Source: Mobula hypostoma
Lineage: Eukaryota
NCBI RefSeq assembly: GCF_963921235.1
Contig: NC_086108.1
Span: forward strand, 41,294,001 to 41,358,000
Reading direction: 5' to 3'
Length of the DNA: 64,000 nt
Shown here: piece after piece, positions 25,841-38,069 of the stretch
How positions within the stretch are numbered: the first letter of the stretch is position 1
How the letters are laid out: each line of letters starts with the position of its first letter
Notes under the pieces: generated by a model
Databases searched by the model: none
Told to the model about the DNA's origin: nothing
Seen by the model: only the letters and a program-made list of their open reading frames with translations
Program-made: the position numbers and the translations under genes

Positions 25841-26595
25841 TTAATGTGAAAAAGACTAAGGAGCTGGTGGTAGACTGAGGAGAGCTAAGGTATCGGTGAC
25901 CCCTGTTTCCATCCAGGGCATCAGTGTGGACATGGTAGAGGATTACAAATACCTGGGGATACGAATTGATAATAAACTGGTCTGGTCAAAGAACACTGAG
26001 GCTGTCTACAAGAAGGGTCAGAGCCGTCTCTATTTCCTCAGGAGACTGAGGTCCTTTAACAGCTGCCAGACGATGCTGAGGATGTTTTACGAGTCTGTGG
26101 TGGCCAGTGCGATTATGTTTGCTGTTGTGTGCTGGGGCAGCAGGCTGAGGGTAGCAGACACCAACAGAATCAACAAACTCATCCGTAAGGCCAGTGATGT
26201 TGTGGGGATGGAACTGGACTCTCTGACGGTGGTGTCTGAAAGGAGGATGCTGTCTAAGTTGCATGCCATCTTGGTCAATGTCTCCCATCCACTACATAAT
26301 GTACTGGGTGGGCACAGGAGTACATTCAGCCAGAGACTCATTCCTCCGAGATGCAGCACAGAGCGTCGTAGGAAGTCATTCCTGCCTGTGGCCATCAAAC
26401 TTTACAACTCCTCCCTTGGAGGGTCAGACATCCTGAGCCAATAGGCTAGTCCTGGACTTATTTCATAATTTACTGGCATAATCTACATACTACTATTTAA
26501 CTATTTATGGTTCTATTACTATTTATTATTTATGGTGCAATTGTAATGAAAACCAATTTCCCCCGGGATCAATAAAGTATGACTATGACTATGAC
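25841..26595 (+). mobile_element. Young 5'-truncated Rex1/Babar-type LINE inserted in the Gypsy integrase C-terminus
   Basis: Open ORF 25896-26444 (YKYLGIRIDNKLVWS..QSRLYFLRRLRSF..SFLPVAIKLYN), AATAAA, (atgact)n tail. tatgc duplicated at 25836-25840 / 26596-26600; splits Gypsy HPTFHV|HLKP. Confidence 0.9.
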
Positions 26596-26888
26596 TATGC
26601 CACCTCAAGCCCTTGAGTGCCAGCTCCTTGGCTCTTGTTTCCAAACCTCCTCTGCCTCCCAGAGTTGTTGAGGGACAATCTGCCTGCACAGTTTGGAGAC
26701 TTTTGGACTCCAGTGTTGTTCAAGGTAAAAAAAAAACAGTATCTCATAGATTGGGAAGAATATGGTCCACAAGAAATGCTGGATTCCATTACAGGACATC
26801 CTGGACCCTACCTTGATAGGATTTTCACCAGCACCATCCTGATTGCCCTGGACATCTGGAGCTGTGGTGAGTGGGGAGAAATGGTTGC

Positions 26889-27182
26889 TGTCATGATTCT
26901 GACTGAATAGTAGCAGGCATCCCAGTTTCAGTGCTCCAGTTCCCTGGACTGTGAATAGCTGCTGCTGTCCCTTTAAGACTCAGACTGCCAATTATTGCTT
27001 GCTATGTTACTCATGGAAAGTTTTTACTTAAAAGCCTCGTTCTGCGCACTTAGTACTCAAATGCAGGAATTCCATTTCTAGTACTGTTGTCTGTGATTTT
27101 GCCTTCAGAATTCATTTGTGTCATTTTCTTTATTTTGGATCTGAGTTAATTCTAGCTCATATTCTGCACTCAGGTTCACACA
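26889..27182 (+). repeat. Gypsy 3' LTR
   Basis: Begins TGTCATG after the purine tract gagtggggagaaa. Homologous to 21321-21624 but missing ~20 nt near its end. Confidence 0.85.
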
Positions 27183-27555
27183 ATAATGAGGAAGGAGGTA
27201 TTTGCAGCCATGAAGGGTTCTAAGGTGGGAAACTCTCCAGGGCATGACAAATTGCATCTTTGCACCTTATGGGATTCCATGTAAGAAATTATGGAAGTCC
27301 TTGTAAAGATATTTGCTTCATTGTTAACCACGGATGAAGTTCCAGATGTGGAGGATGGCTAATGTTGTTCTATTATTCAAGAACAGGTCAGGGATTTTTA
27401 GAGGTAACTAAGGGGTTAGATGAAGGTAGGGCAGTGGATGCTTTCTATATGGACTTTAGTAAGGCCTTTGACAAGTTTGTGCATGGCAGACTGATCTGGA
27501 AGGTTAGGCCACATGAGATTCAAGGGAGCTGGTGAGATGGATTCAGAATTAACTG

Positions 27556-28170
27556 CAAGTTTGCAGATGACAAAAAGGTTGACGGTGTTGTAGATAGTGT
27601 AGGGGATTGTCGAAGATTGCAGAGAGACATTGATAGGATGCAGAAGTGGGCTGAGAGGTGGCAGATGGAGTTCAACCCGGAGAAGTGTGAGGTGGTACAC
27701 TTTGAAAGAACAAACTCCAAGGCAGAGTACGAAGTAAATGGCAGGATACCTGGTAGTGTGGAGGAGTATAGGGATCTGGGGGTACATGTCCACAGATCCC
27801 TGAAAGTTGCCTCACAGGTAGATAGGGTAGTTAAGAAATCTTATGGGGTGTTAGCTTTCATAAGTCGAGGGATAGAGTTTAAGAGTCACGATGTAATGGT
27901 GCAGCTCTATAAAACTCTGGTTAGGCCGCACTTGGAGTACTGTGTCCAGTTCTGGTCGCCTCACTATAGGAAGGATGTGGAAACATTGGAAAGGGTACAG
28001 AGGAGACAGTGGTGGAGGCAGATACACTAGTGAAGTTTAAGAGACTACTAGACGGGTATATAGAGAAATTTAAGGTGGGGGGTTAAACGGGAGGCAGGGT
28101 TTGAGGGTCAGCACAACATTGTGGGCTGAAGGGCCTGTAATGTTCTGTACTATAAAAAAAAATAAATAAA
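27556..28170 (+). mobile_element. Younger CR1 3' fragment with internal deletion, nested in the old CR1
   Basis: ORF 27617-28030 (KWAERWQMEFNPEKCEVVHF..RPHLEYCVQFWSPH), then 3'UTR and A-rich tail. Confidence 0.85.
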
Positions 28171-30061
28171 TTACATTAAACATCAATGATAAGAAGCAGA
28201 GAGTGGTGATTGAAGGTTGATTCTCTGATAGGAGGCCTATGACTAGTAGGATGCCCTGGAAGTCAGTGTTGGAGCCTCTGTTATTCATAATTTGTGTCAA
28301 GTATTGTACGTGGCATGATTAGCAAGTTTGCTCATGATACCAAATTCGGGACACCTGTTGATTGTTAAGCAGCTTGCAAAGAGATCTTGTGCAGTTAGAT
28401 GGATGGGCTGAGGAATAGCAAATGGATAATTCTAAGGTGATGCATTTTGAATAGTCAGACTAGAGTAATACTTATATAGTGAATGGCTGGGCACTGCTGT
28501 GTGTTGCAGAACAGAGATCTGGGACACTAGGACACAGTTTGTTGAATGCAGTCATGTAACAAGACAGAATGGTGAAGAAACCGTTCAACATGCTGGCCTT
28601 CATCAGTCAGAGCACTGAATTTAGGAGTAAGGACATTATTTTGCAGTTATATAAATCATTGGTGAGACCGCACTCAGAGAATTGTATACAGTTTCGGTCA
28701 CCCTGTTATAGGAAAGACATTGTCAATGAAAAGAGGATGCGGAAGAGATTTGAGGATACAGGAGTTATAGGGACAGGTTGGCCACTCTTGATGTTTATTC
28801 TCTGGAGCAAAGGTGAATGAGAGGTGGCCTCATAGAAGTTTATAAAATCATGAAGGGTTGGGATAAGGTGATCAGTCATAGTCTTTTCTCCAGGAATGGG
28901 GAATCAAAAAATAGAGGGCACTGATACAAGTTGAGAGGGGAGAGATTTAAGAGACTTGAGAAGTAACTTCTTTACACAGAGAGTAGCGAGTTTCCATAGA
29001 ATGAGCTGCCAGAGGAGGCGGCCAAGGCAGGTACAATTACGACATTTAAGAGCCATTTGGATAGGTACATGGAAGGGAAGGGCTTGAAGGGTTATGGGCC
29101 AAACATGGGCAATTAGGATTAGTGAGGGTGTGGGGGGAGGTTGCTGTGGTCAGCATGGACTAGTTGGACCGAAGGGCTTGTTTCTGTGCTGTATTAGTCT
29201 GTAACTCTATGGCTTGACCTCAATGTCAAATGTAATACTTTGTTCTAGAATCATAGAAACTGTACAACATAGGAAGCCATTCAACCCATTGTGCATGTTC
29301 TGTTATGACCAGTTTCCGATTATGTCAGTTCTGGACCTCTTTGAAATGTTCGTGCAGTCTTTCTTCCAAAATATTCCATCATAAGAGCTCACACTGCGCT
29401 TCATAATGCATGAATGTTCCACTTGCCACTGATGATCACAAAGCAGTATTGTATAAGGTAATTTTGAATGTTGCTATGCAGTACTTCATAACTAGGACAA
29501 AGACACAATCCTGCCAATAATCTCTTTTGTTAATACAGAAATTGTGGCTTCATGTAATTCAGTGTCCAGAGTGCCCGAAGAATATTTATCTGAATAAGAT
29601 CATGGATTAATTTAACTTTGTGTGAATTCTATATTTAATCAGCTTAATCTATTAATGCTTATTCAGTCCCACACAATATAATTAGCAGCTGTTCGTACTG
29701 AAAGGTGTGCAGTACAGGACATTATCATATCTCCCAATTGGAATTTGTAACTGATCAATAATTTCCATTCATGCTGGATCTTTGACAAAGCTTCAAATAA
29801 GGTTTGGTTATGGGCTAACAGTTTAATTCTGAGCTGCTGAAAAGCTATTTGGCTTTTGGAGCTGAAAGCAGATTTGTGTTGTCAGATTAATTGGTCCAAG
29901 CAGCTTTTATTCTGAGTCATGCTGCGAGGATGCAGTTGCTCTTTAAGTTTTATCCCCATGGCTTCAGTGTGCATGTCCTCAAATGATTGTCTATAAACAC
30001 CAGACACTGGCTGTCTCAAAGTAAGTCATAGCAGCAGGATTCAGTTTCCATCTAGAAGTCT

Positions 30062-30275
30062 CAGTAAGCATCAGACGGTTGGGAGCCCTGGCAGAGGTCT
30101 GAATGAAGTCTTGACGAGGTCTCAGTGGGTCTTCTGATAGGTATCTGAGAACACTTCATCAGCAACATATATAGTATTTGAAAAGTTTTATTACTTTGTC
30201 AGTGGATCCACAGAGACCTTCTCAAAAACTCTTCAAATCCATGCCAGGGCTCCTAAAAGTCTAAGTCTAACATGT
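30062..30275. repeat. Old imperfect foldback (inverted repeat), MITE-like
   Basis: ggagccctggca (30082-30093) is the exact reverse complement of tgccagggctcc (30242-30253). Similarity continues inward (aggtctc.gtgg.tc) and outward; centre ~30168. Confidence 0.65.
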
Positions 30276-31609
30276 ATTGCCTCTCATGGATAGAAATCAG
30301 ATCCCTCAGCTTGTGAGCTGCCTTTCCAAAAAATACAGACATCTTGATTCAATATTAACACCTCCATTTGCTCAGCCTCTGCCTTTTATATAGAACTCTC
30401 ATTGGTAGTTTATAGGGTACATTTTACATGCAAATCTGTGCCACAGTTGGGTCTTTGGCACAAAGTCAGTGCCTATCCTCTGTAGCAGGATGCACAGCCC
30501 ACAGTTACCAGTACTGAGATCTATCAATATTATTAGAGGGCTCCCTGTGAAACAATGACCATCTAAGGTGAGAGAATGAGCAATGGCATTACTGCCTGTC
30601 ACATCTATTCCTGTTGCAGAAATGCCTTATTTGCTAAACTGATGTATGAACAGAATTAATGAACTGTGAGTGTGGATTTTAAAAGTTTACACCTTGTAAA
30701 AATAAGATTATGTTCCTTCACAAAAGCCTTTCCTACAGAAGAATTGGATTCCATTTTGCACCATCCTTACATCAGGTGTAATGGGAGTCATATGATGAGC
30801 AAACTTCCCTGTGAAGTGGTCCTTTGATGTGTCCGGCATCAACCACTATGCAGGGGCGTTCAGCTTTTAATTGCCCTTAAGAATCTGAGTATTAGGGATT
30901 CTTTTCAGCACAGGCACATCCTTCTTGGCACATCTTATAATTCTGCCTCATTACAGGACACTTTCTCATGTGCTGAATTACCTGCATTTGCTATGATACT
31001 CTCCTTGTGTCAGGGGAGGAGCTGGCAGGATTTCCTGCAGAGAAGGATAGCTAGGCATTTGCAGTTCCTTAAAGCAGTATTTTTATTTCCTGTTGACTTT
31101 TGTACACTTAGTACGAACCCTATTTTCCATTTCCCTGGAAGGAGGCGGGACAGCTCCATCTTCCAAGGAGATACTGCTTGCCATGGTGGACCATGGTGAA
31201 AATATTTTCTGTCGTATATGACTAGCATGGAAATTCAACCTGCAGACTATTATTACAAACCTTCATCAATTTGGCAATTCCTGACCACCCAGAGCTAATA
31301 TAACCAACTGCAGAAGACAAGCTGAGGAGATTGTGAGTTTTTTATACTCCAATGACAGTTGTCCTCAAGATAGATATATAATTATGAGTCATTCAGCCTT
31401 TCATACACCTAATTGAAACTCTTGCATAGGGTACTTACTCCTTATCTGCATGCTTTGGTCATTCCATTCTCTTAGAAATTAATTCTATGGAGCAAATTTA
31501 CAATGTCTCTTTGCTGATTTATTTGAAGTATAAAGCAAGCCTTCATCTCCATGCACAGCATGGCCTATTCTTTGGTCTAAAACAAAAGGACATCTGATAT
31601 GAAATCAAC

Positions 31610-32782
31610 CAACACACATCAAAGTTGCTGGTGAACGCAGCAGGCCAGGCAGCATCTCTAGGAAGAGGTACAGTCGACGTTTTGGGCTGAGACCCTTTGT
31701 CAGGACTAACTGAAGGAAGAGCTAGTAAGAGATTTGAAAGTGGGAGGGGGAGGGGGAGATCCAGAATGATAGGAGAAGACAGGAGGGGCAGAAGTTGATT
31801 GGCAAAAGTGATATGAGAGGATCATGGGTAAGGAGGCCCAGGGAGAAGGAAAAAGGGGAGGGGGGGAAAACCCAGAGGATGGGCGAGGGGTATAGTCAGA
31901 GGGACAGAAGGAGAAAAAGGAGAGAGAGGGAGAAAGAATGTGCGTATATATGGGGTATATATGGGATGGGGTATGGGGGAAGGTGGGGCATTAGCGGAAG
32001 TTAGAGAAGTCGATGTTCATGCCATCAGGTTGGAGGCTACCCAGACAGAATATAAGGTGTTGTTCCTCCAACCTGAGTGTGGCTTCATCTTTACAGCAGA
32101 GGAGGCCATGGATAGACATACCAGATTGGGAATGGGATGTGGAATTAAAATTTGTGGCCACTGGGAGATCCTGCTTTCTCTGGCGGACAGAGCGTAGGTG
32201 TTCAGCAAAACGATCTCCCAGTCTGCGTTGGGTCTTGCCAATATATAGAAGACCACATCGGGAGCACCGGACGCAGTATATCACCCCAGTCGACTCATAG
32301 GTGAAGTGTTGCCTCACCTGGAAGGACTGTCTGGGGCCCTGAATGGTGGTAAGTGAGGAAGTGTAAGGGCATATGTAGCACTAGTTCCGCTTACAAGGAT
32401 AAGTGCCAGGAGGGAGATCAGTGGGGAGGGATGGGGGGGGGAAACGAATGGACAAGGGAGTCGCATAGGGAGCGATCCCTGCAGAAAGCAGAGAAGGGGG
32501 GGAGGGAAAGATGTGCTTAGTGGTGGGATCCCGTTGGAGGTGGCGGAAGTTACGGAGAATAGTATGTTGGACCCAGAGGCTGGTGGGGTGGTAGGTGAGG
32601 ACCAGGGGAACCCTATTCCTAGTGTGGTGGCGGGAGGATGGAGTGAGAGCAGATGTGCGTGAAATGGGGGAGATGCGTTTGAGAGCAGAGTTGATGGTGG
32701 AGGAAGGGAAGCCCCTTTCTTTAAAAAAGGAGGACATCTCCCTCGTCCTGGAATGAAAAGCCTCATCCTGAGAGCAGATGCG
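31610..32782 (-). mobile_element. 5'-truncated Penelope-like retroelement (RT thumb/linker, GIY-YIG, pLTR)
   Basis: ORFs 32381-32737 (FFKERGFPSSTI..RVPLVLTYHP) and 31991-32317. pLTR with mutated hammerhead at 31670-31706. Confidence 0.9.
31991..32317 (-). pseudogene. PLE GIY-YIG endonuclease domain
   Basis: VIYCVRCSRCGLLYIGKTQRRLGDRFAEH...RLEEQHLIFCLGSLQPDGMN. Confidence 0.9.
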
Positions 32783-32799
32783 AAATATAAATCATTCAG

Positions 32800-33110
32800 G
32801 TCCACAAACCTTCACAATCTAAGCATTCCTCCAATCTTGGCCTCATGCCATTCCTTTACATTTACTGACAACTAGTCCTTAACTGACTGGAGCCTAACAT
32901 TTGGACTACTAAACACTCACATTTCAACTTCACTTGCCTACCCTCCCTTAAGTCACTCCTCAAAATGTACCTCTTTGATTGTGGTTTTTGTCACATACCA
33001 ACATCTCTTTCAGTGGCTATGTGTGATCATACTTGATAATGTTCTTATAAATCATCTTAGGATGTTTCACTCAACGTAAATTACCATTTAAATACAATGG
33101 GTTGTTCAAG
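32800..33110 (+). mobile_element. Ancient L2-like LINE 3' end
   Basis: ctcctcaaaatgtacctctttgattgtggtttt (LLKTYLFD-like) and tail taggatgtttcactcaacgtaaatta...aaatacaa. An antisense relative lies at 47795-48400. Confidence 0.45.
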
Positions 33111-33974
33111 TATTTTCCTCAAAACTTTGTATTATGGCAAAATAATGGAAAATTGTCACAAGGTATTCATAAAGCAGCATCATGAACATTTCACGTACTA
33201 TAGCCTATAAGTAAAACTCTGTCCTTTAAACATGGAACTCATTACCATCAGAATGAATGCACAGGCTCAATTTCTCCAGGGTCTATTAAGTTCTATAAAT
33301 ATAGCTGTGTATACTGTTAAACTGAGTACCAATATTTGTTTGAAATTTTGAAATTTTGTTAATGTAGTAAAAATTCTAAAAAGCCAAAGAAATCAGAACA
33401 AGATGTTCTGTGTCTCAACTTGGATGACTTAATCTCTAAGTCGGCAATTTAGTTTTCAAATTATTTCTATACATTTGGTTAGATGTCATGTGTAAGTAGT
33501 GACTCTCACGCAGCTGTAATATGGTTGGACAGCTTTTTAATCCAAGTGCTGGATCTTGTTGATGGAGAGGTGTTATGGATGTGGCTACCAGGACTACATT
33601 CTGTCAAAAGGGCTTTCTGACAGGGCGAGAGCAACCATTTCATTCCACAGCCTTTTTTTTGTGTGTAAATACAATTCTGTTTCAGACTTACCCTTAATCA
33701 ACAAATCAGTCCATGATTTTCAGTAGTCAATAATTACTGTGCTTTCTCCTTCCAAAAATCCATTTTAGAAGCAAATGCTGTCATTTACTTTTTTCAGCAA
33801 TGCTGTTTCACTTTATTCATGTACAACTTTTTAATCCAGTTTGGGTTTTGGGAATCATGTCAAAATCAGTGTTTTTTTAACCATCCCTAATTTCCATTAA
33901 AGTGGTGGTGAGCTGCTTTCTTTAATGTCTTCGAATCTGGTATTACAGTATTACCACTGCACTTAGTTCCATGA

Positions 33975-34056
33975 GCAGCACACACAAAATGCTGGAGGAA
34001 CTCAGCAGGTCAGGCAGCATCTATAGAAATGAATAAACAGTCAATGTTTGGGGCCT
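33975..34056 (-). mobile_element. PLE pLTR fragment
   Basis: cacacacaaaatgctggaggaactcagcaggtcaggcagcatctatag. Confidence 0.75.
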
Positions 34057-34569
34057 TTTCATGATATCCCTTCAAATTAAAACTCTATTTTCCCTTCAAG
34101 TGAGCCAAGTAGCACAGATTAACGTAGAAAGCAATACCACTCTGGATCCTTTTTGCCCCTTCGCTTATACCAACCACCAACTTTTCTTTCAATCTCCTTC
34201 ACCTTTTTCATCCCCTTTTGATGCCTTCCTCCACTCTCACCATAGACAGTAATTATGAAGAGAAACGCACCTATCAGTCATACATCATTATTTAAAAGAA
34301 GAGTGAAAATTAATGTGCATCATATTTTGTGGAGAACATTTAACAGTGCAACAAATCAAAAGGGCAAAAGCTAAAGCATTTAGAACGTTCTTGGAGTGGA
34401 AACTCATGAGGCTAGCTTACTGAGAAACTAAAGTTTCTATCAATTTGAAGTTCCAGGGAGGATTTCTGTTGAAAGGAGAGAATGGAGTTTGTTACAGATA
34501 TTCCAAATACCAACTACTCTGTGTGAAAAATGCATTCTTTAGACTCACTGTAAACTTCTTTAACCTCAC

Positions 34570-35320
34570 ATCAGGATCAGCATCAGGTTTATTATCACTG
34601 GCATGTGTCGTGAAATTTGTTAACTTAGCAGCAGCAGTTCAATGCAATACATAAAATAGGAACAGTATACATTTATTGAATAGATTAAAAATTGTGCAAA
34701 AACAGAAATAATATATACAGGTATTAAAAAACTGAGATAGTGTTCACAGGTTCAATGTCCATTTAGGAATTGGATGGCAGAGGAGAAGAAGCTATTCCTG
34801 AATCACTGAGTGTGTACCTTCAGGCTTCTGTATCTCCTACCTGATGGTAACAGTGAGAAAAGTGCATGCCCTGGGTGCTGGAGATCCTTAATAATGGACA
34901 CTGCCTTTCTGAGACACCGCTCCCTAAAGATATCCTGGGTACTTTGTAGGCTAGTACCCAAGTTGGAGCTGACTAGATTTACAACCTTCTGCAGCTTCTT
35001 TTGGTCCTGTGCAGTAGCCCCTCTATACCAGACAGTGATGCAGCCTGTCAGAATGCTCTCCACAGTACATCTATAGAAGTTTTTGAGTATATTTGTTGAC
35101 ATACCAAATCTCTTTAAATTCCTAATGAAGTATAGCCGCTGTCTTGCCTTCTTTATAACTGCATCAATATGTTGGGACCAGGTTAGGTCCTCAGAGATCT
35201 TGACACCCAGGAACTTGAAACTGCTCACTCTCTCCACTTCTGATCCCTTTAAAAGCATTGGTATGTGTTCCTTTGTCTTGCCCTTCCAGAAGTCCACAAT
35301 CAGCTCTTTTGTCTTACTGA
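34570..35320 (-). mobile_element. Rex1-type LINE 3' fragment
   Basis: ORF 34803-35297 (FKFLGVKISEDLTWS..ARQRLYFIR..FSLLPSGRRYRS). (atcagg)n tail. Confidence 0.85.
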
Positions 35321-36091
35321 TTAAATCTACATATTAAATCTAGACCTTCTAGTTTTAGAATTCCCTTCTACGGGAAACAGACACTGGCTCTCTCGCCTAT
35401 TTATGCATCTCACAGCTTTTTATATCATGTCATTGCTCAGACTCCTTTGCTTCGGGGAAAACAGACCCATCTTCTCCATTCTCCCCTTGTAACACTCTCA
35501 AACTTAACATAATTTGTTTAATCACATGCTTCCTATGGTGTGATAATCAGAGCTACATCCAATAATATGCCATTCTTCTGTCATTTTTCAAATCCATTGT
35601 TGATCACAGATATGTTCATGATATCAGAAAGCCTCAAGCATACTGTATATCAAGACTGTGAACATGGTGCCATGTAAGTGTCGTGTAATAATCCAATTTG
35701 GGGCTCCACAAGTACAAAATAGACCAAGCTGTGGATTTACAAGAGCTGAATTCAGACGGGTGATGTGCAAATTCTGGTATCATCAAGCAGAATGAGGTTT
35801 CTGCCACTTTCCTTTCACTTTGCCTTAAAGAAGATGTATAACTTTGTTGGACATGAATTGGACCATTTTTATGTGGACAATCTTCAGCTTTAATGCCATG
35901 AAGAAGTTCAAGTAAAGCATTAGCACAATTTTAACATATTAGGTTGTTATGACTGACTTCTCCACTACAAGTTACACTGAAAATATTAGACCATAAGACA
36001 CAGTACCAGAATTAGGCCATTTGGCCCATCGAGTCTGCTCCACCATTCAATCATAGCTGCTCCTTTCCTTCTCCAGTCCTCAGCCCCATTC

Positions 36092-36587
36092 AGGTTCACC
36101 AGATTGATTGATTCCTGGGATGGCAGGACTTTCATATGAAGAAAGACTGGATGAATTGGGCTTGTACTCATTGGAATTTAGAAGATTGAGGGGGGATCTG
36201 ATTGAAACGTATAAGATCCTAAAGGGATTGGACAGGCTAGATGCAGGAAGATTGTTCCCGATGTTGGGGAAGTCCAGAACGAGGGGTCACAGTTTGAGGA
36301 TAGAGGGGAAGCCTTTTAGGACCGAGATTAGGAAAAACTTCTTCACACAGAGAGTGGTGAATCTGTGGAATACTCTGCCACAGGAAACAGTTGAGGCCAG
36401 TTCATTGGCTATATTTAGGAGGGAGTTAGATATGGCCCTTGTGGCTACGGGGATCAGGGGGTATGGAGGGAAGGCTGGGGCGGGGTTCTGAGTTGGATGA
36501 TCAGCCATGATCATAATAAATGGCGGTGCAGGCTCGAAGGGCCAAATGGCCTACTCCTGCACCTATTTTCTATGTTTCTATGTTTCT
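36092..36587 (+). mobile_element. Young CR1 3' end inserted antisense into the host CR1 3'UTR
   Basis: ORF 36108-36491 intact to the stop. (tatgtttc)n tail. attc duplicated at 36088-36091 / 36588-36591. Confidence 0.9.
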
Positions 36588-38019
36588 ATTCCCTGGCCTT
36601 CTCCCTGTAACCTTTGATGCCATGTCCAGTTAAAAACCTATAAATACACCCAACAACCCAGCCTCCAAGCTGCCTGTGGTAACAAATTCCTCAAAGTCAC
36701 CCTCTGGCTAAAGAAATGTCTCTGCATCTCTGCTTTAAAATGGACTGCCCTCTATCCTGAGGCTGTGCCTTCTTGTCCTAGATTCCCCCACCATTGGAAA
36801 CATCCCTTCCACATTTACTCCCCTGGCATTCCAACATTCAAAAGGTTTCAATGAGCTCCACCTTTTTTCTTCTAAATTCCAGTGAGTGCAGACCCAAAGC
36901 CATCAAACATTCCTCGTATGATAACCTTTCACTCCCGGAATCATCCTTGTGAACTGCCTCTGGACCCTCTCCAATGCTAGCACATCTTTTCTTAGATGAG
37001 GAGCCTAAAACTGTTCACAGGACTGAAGGTGATGCTTCACCAGTACCTTATAAGGCCTTAGCATCACATCCCTGTTCTTGTATTCAAGACCTTTTGAAAG
37101 GAATGCTAACATTGCATTTGCCTTCCTCACCACAGACTCAACATGCAAGTTAACCTTTAGGGTGTTCTGCACAAGGACTCCCCAGTCCCTTTGCATCTCA
37201 GATTTTTGGATTTTCTCCACATGTAGAAAATAGTCTACACATTTATTTCTACTACCAAAGTGCATGACCATGCATTTTCCAACGTTGTATTTCATTTGGC
37301 ACTTTCTTGCCCATTCTCCTAATCTGTCTAAGTCCTTCTGCAGCCGACCTATTTCCACAACACTATCTGCCCGTTCAACAATCTTCATATCATCTGCAAA
37401 CTTGGCAACAAAGCCATCTAGTCCATCATCTAAATCATTTATATACAGCATGAAAAGAAGCAATCCCAACACTGACCCCCTGCAGAGCACCACTAGTCAG
37501 TGGCAGCCAACCAGAGAAGGATCCTTTTATCCCAACTCTCTGCCTCCTACAAATCAGCCAATGTTCTAAACATGTTAGTAACCTTCCTATAATACCATGG
37601 TTTCTTAACATGGTAAGAAGCCTCATGTGTGGCACCTTGTCGAAGGCCTTCTGAAAGTCAAAATATACAACTTCCACGGCATCTCCTTTATCTATCTCAC
37701 TTGTAATCTCCTCAAAGAATTCAAACAGGTTCATCAGACAAGATTTTTCCTTAAGAAGATCATGCTGACTGTGGCCTATCTTGCCCTGCGTCACCAAGTA
37801 CTCCGCAACCTCATCCTTAACAATTGACTCCAACATTTTCCCAGCCACTGACATCAGCCAAATTGTCAATAATTTCCTTTCTGCTGCCTTCCTCCTTTTG
37901 TAAAGGGTGGAGTGACATTTGCAATTTTTCAGTCCTCTGGCACTATGCCAGAGACCAATGATTTTTGAAAGGTCATTGCTAATGCCGTCACAATCTCTAA
38001 TGCTACCCGTTTCAGAACC

Positions 38020-38069
38020 TTTACTTTGCCCGACGCCAGGTCCCTAGGCCTCAGTCGACGAAGTAGTAG
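38020..38069 (+). mobile_element. 50-bp severely truncated retroposon with (agt)n tail
   Basis: Exact 9-bp TSD ttcagaacc (38011-38019 / 38070-38078). CpG-rich insert. Confidence 0.65.

Larger units (their letters stand above)
22546..26820 (+). pseudogene. Gypsy pol remnant (PR-RT-RNase H-IN-chromo), interrupted at 23709-23903 and 25841-26595
   Basis: ORF fragments 23223-23519, 24113-24376, 24499-24837, 25402-25698 and 26613-26910. Confidence 0.85.
21321..27182 (+). mobile_element. Decayed full-length Ty3/Gypsy LTR retrotransposon, Sushi-like chromovirus
   Basis: Paired LTRs and 5-bp TSD ATAAT (21316-21320 / 27183-27187). Domain order gag, PR (AFIDSGA), RT ([25 protein letters not shown]), RNase H (FLGFANFYRQF, PFVVEV), integrase, chromodomain (YLIDWEEYGPQE). 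Polypurine tract before the 3' LTR. Confidence 0.9.
18830..29210 (+). mobile_element. Old near full-length CR1 LINE hosting a solo LTR, a Gypsy element and a younger CR1
   Basis: ORF1 esterase remnants 18860-18951 and 19708-19960. Endonuclease 20120-20720. RT 27188-27555 and 28180-29000. 3' end ...gtgctgtattagtctgtaactctat at ~29210. Confidence 0.8.
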
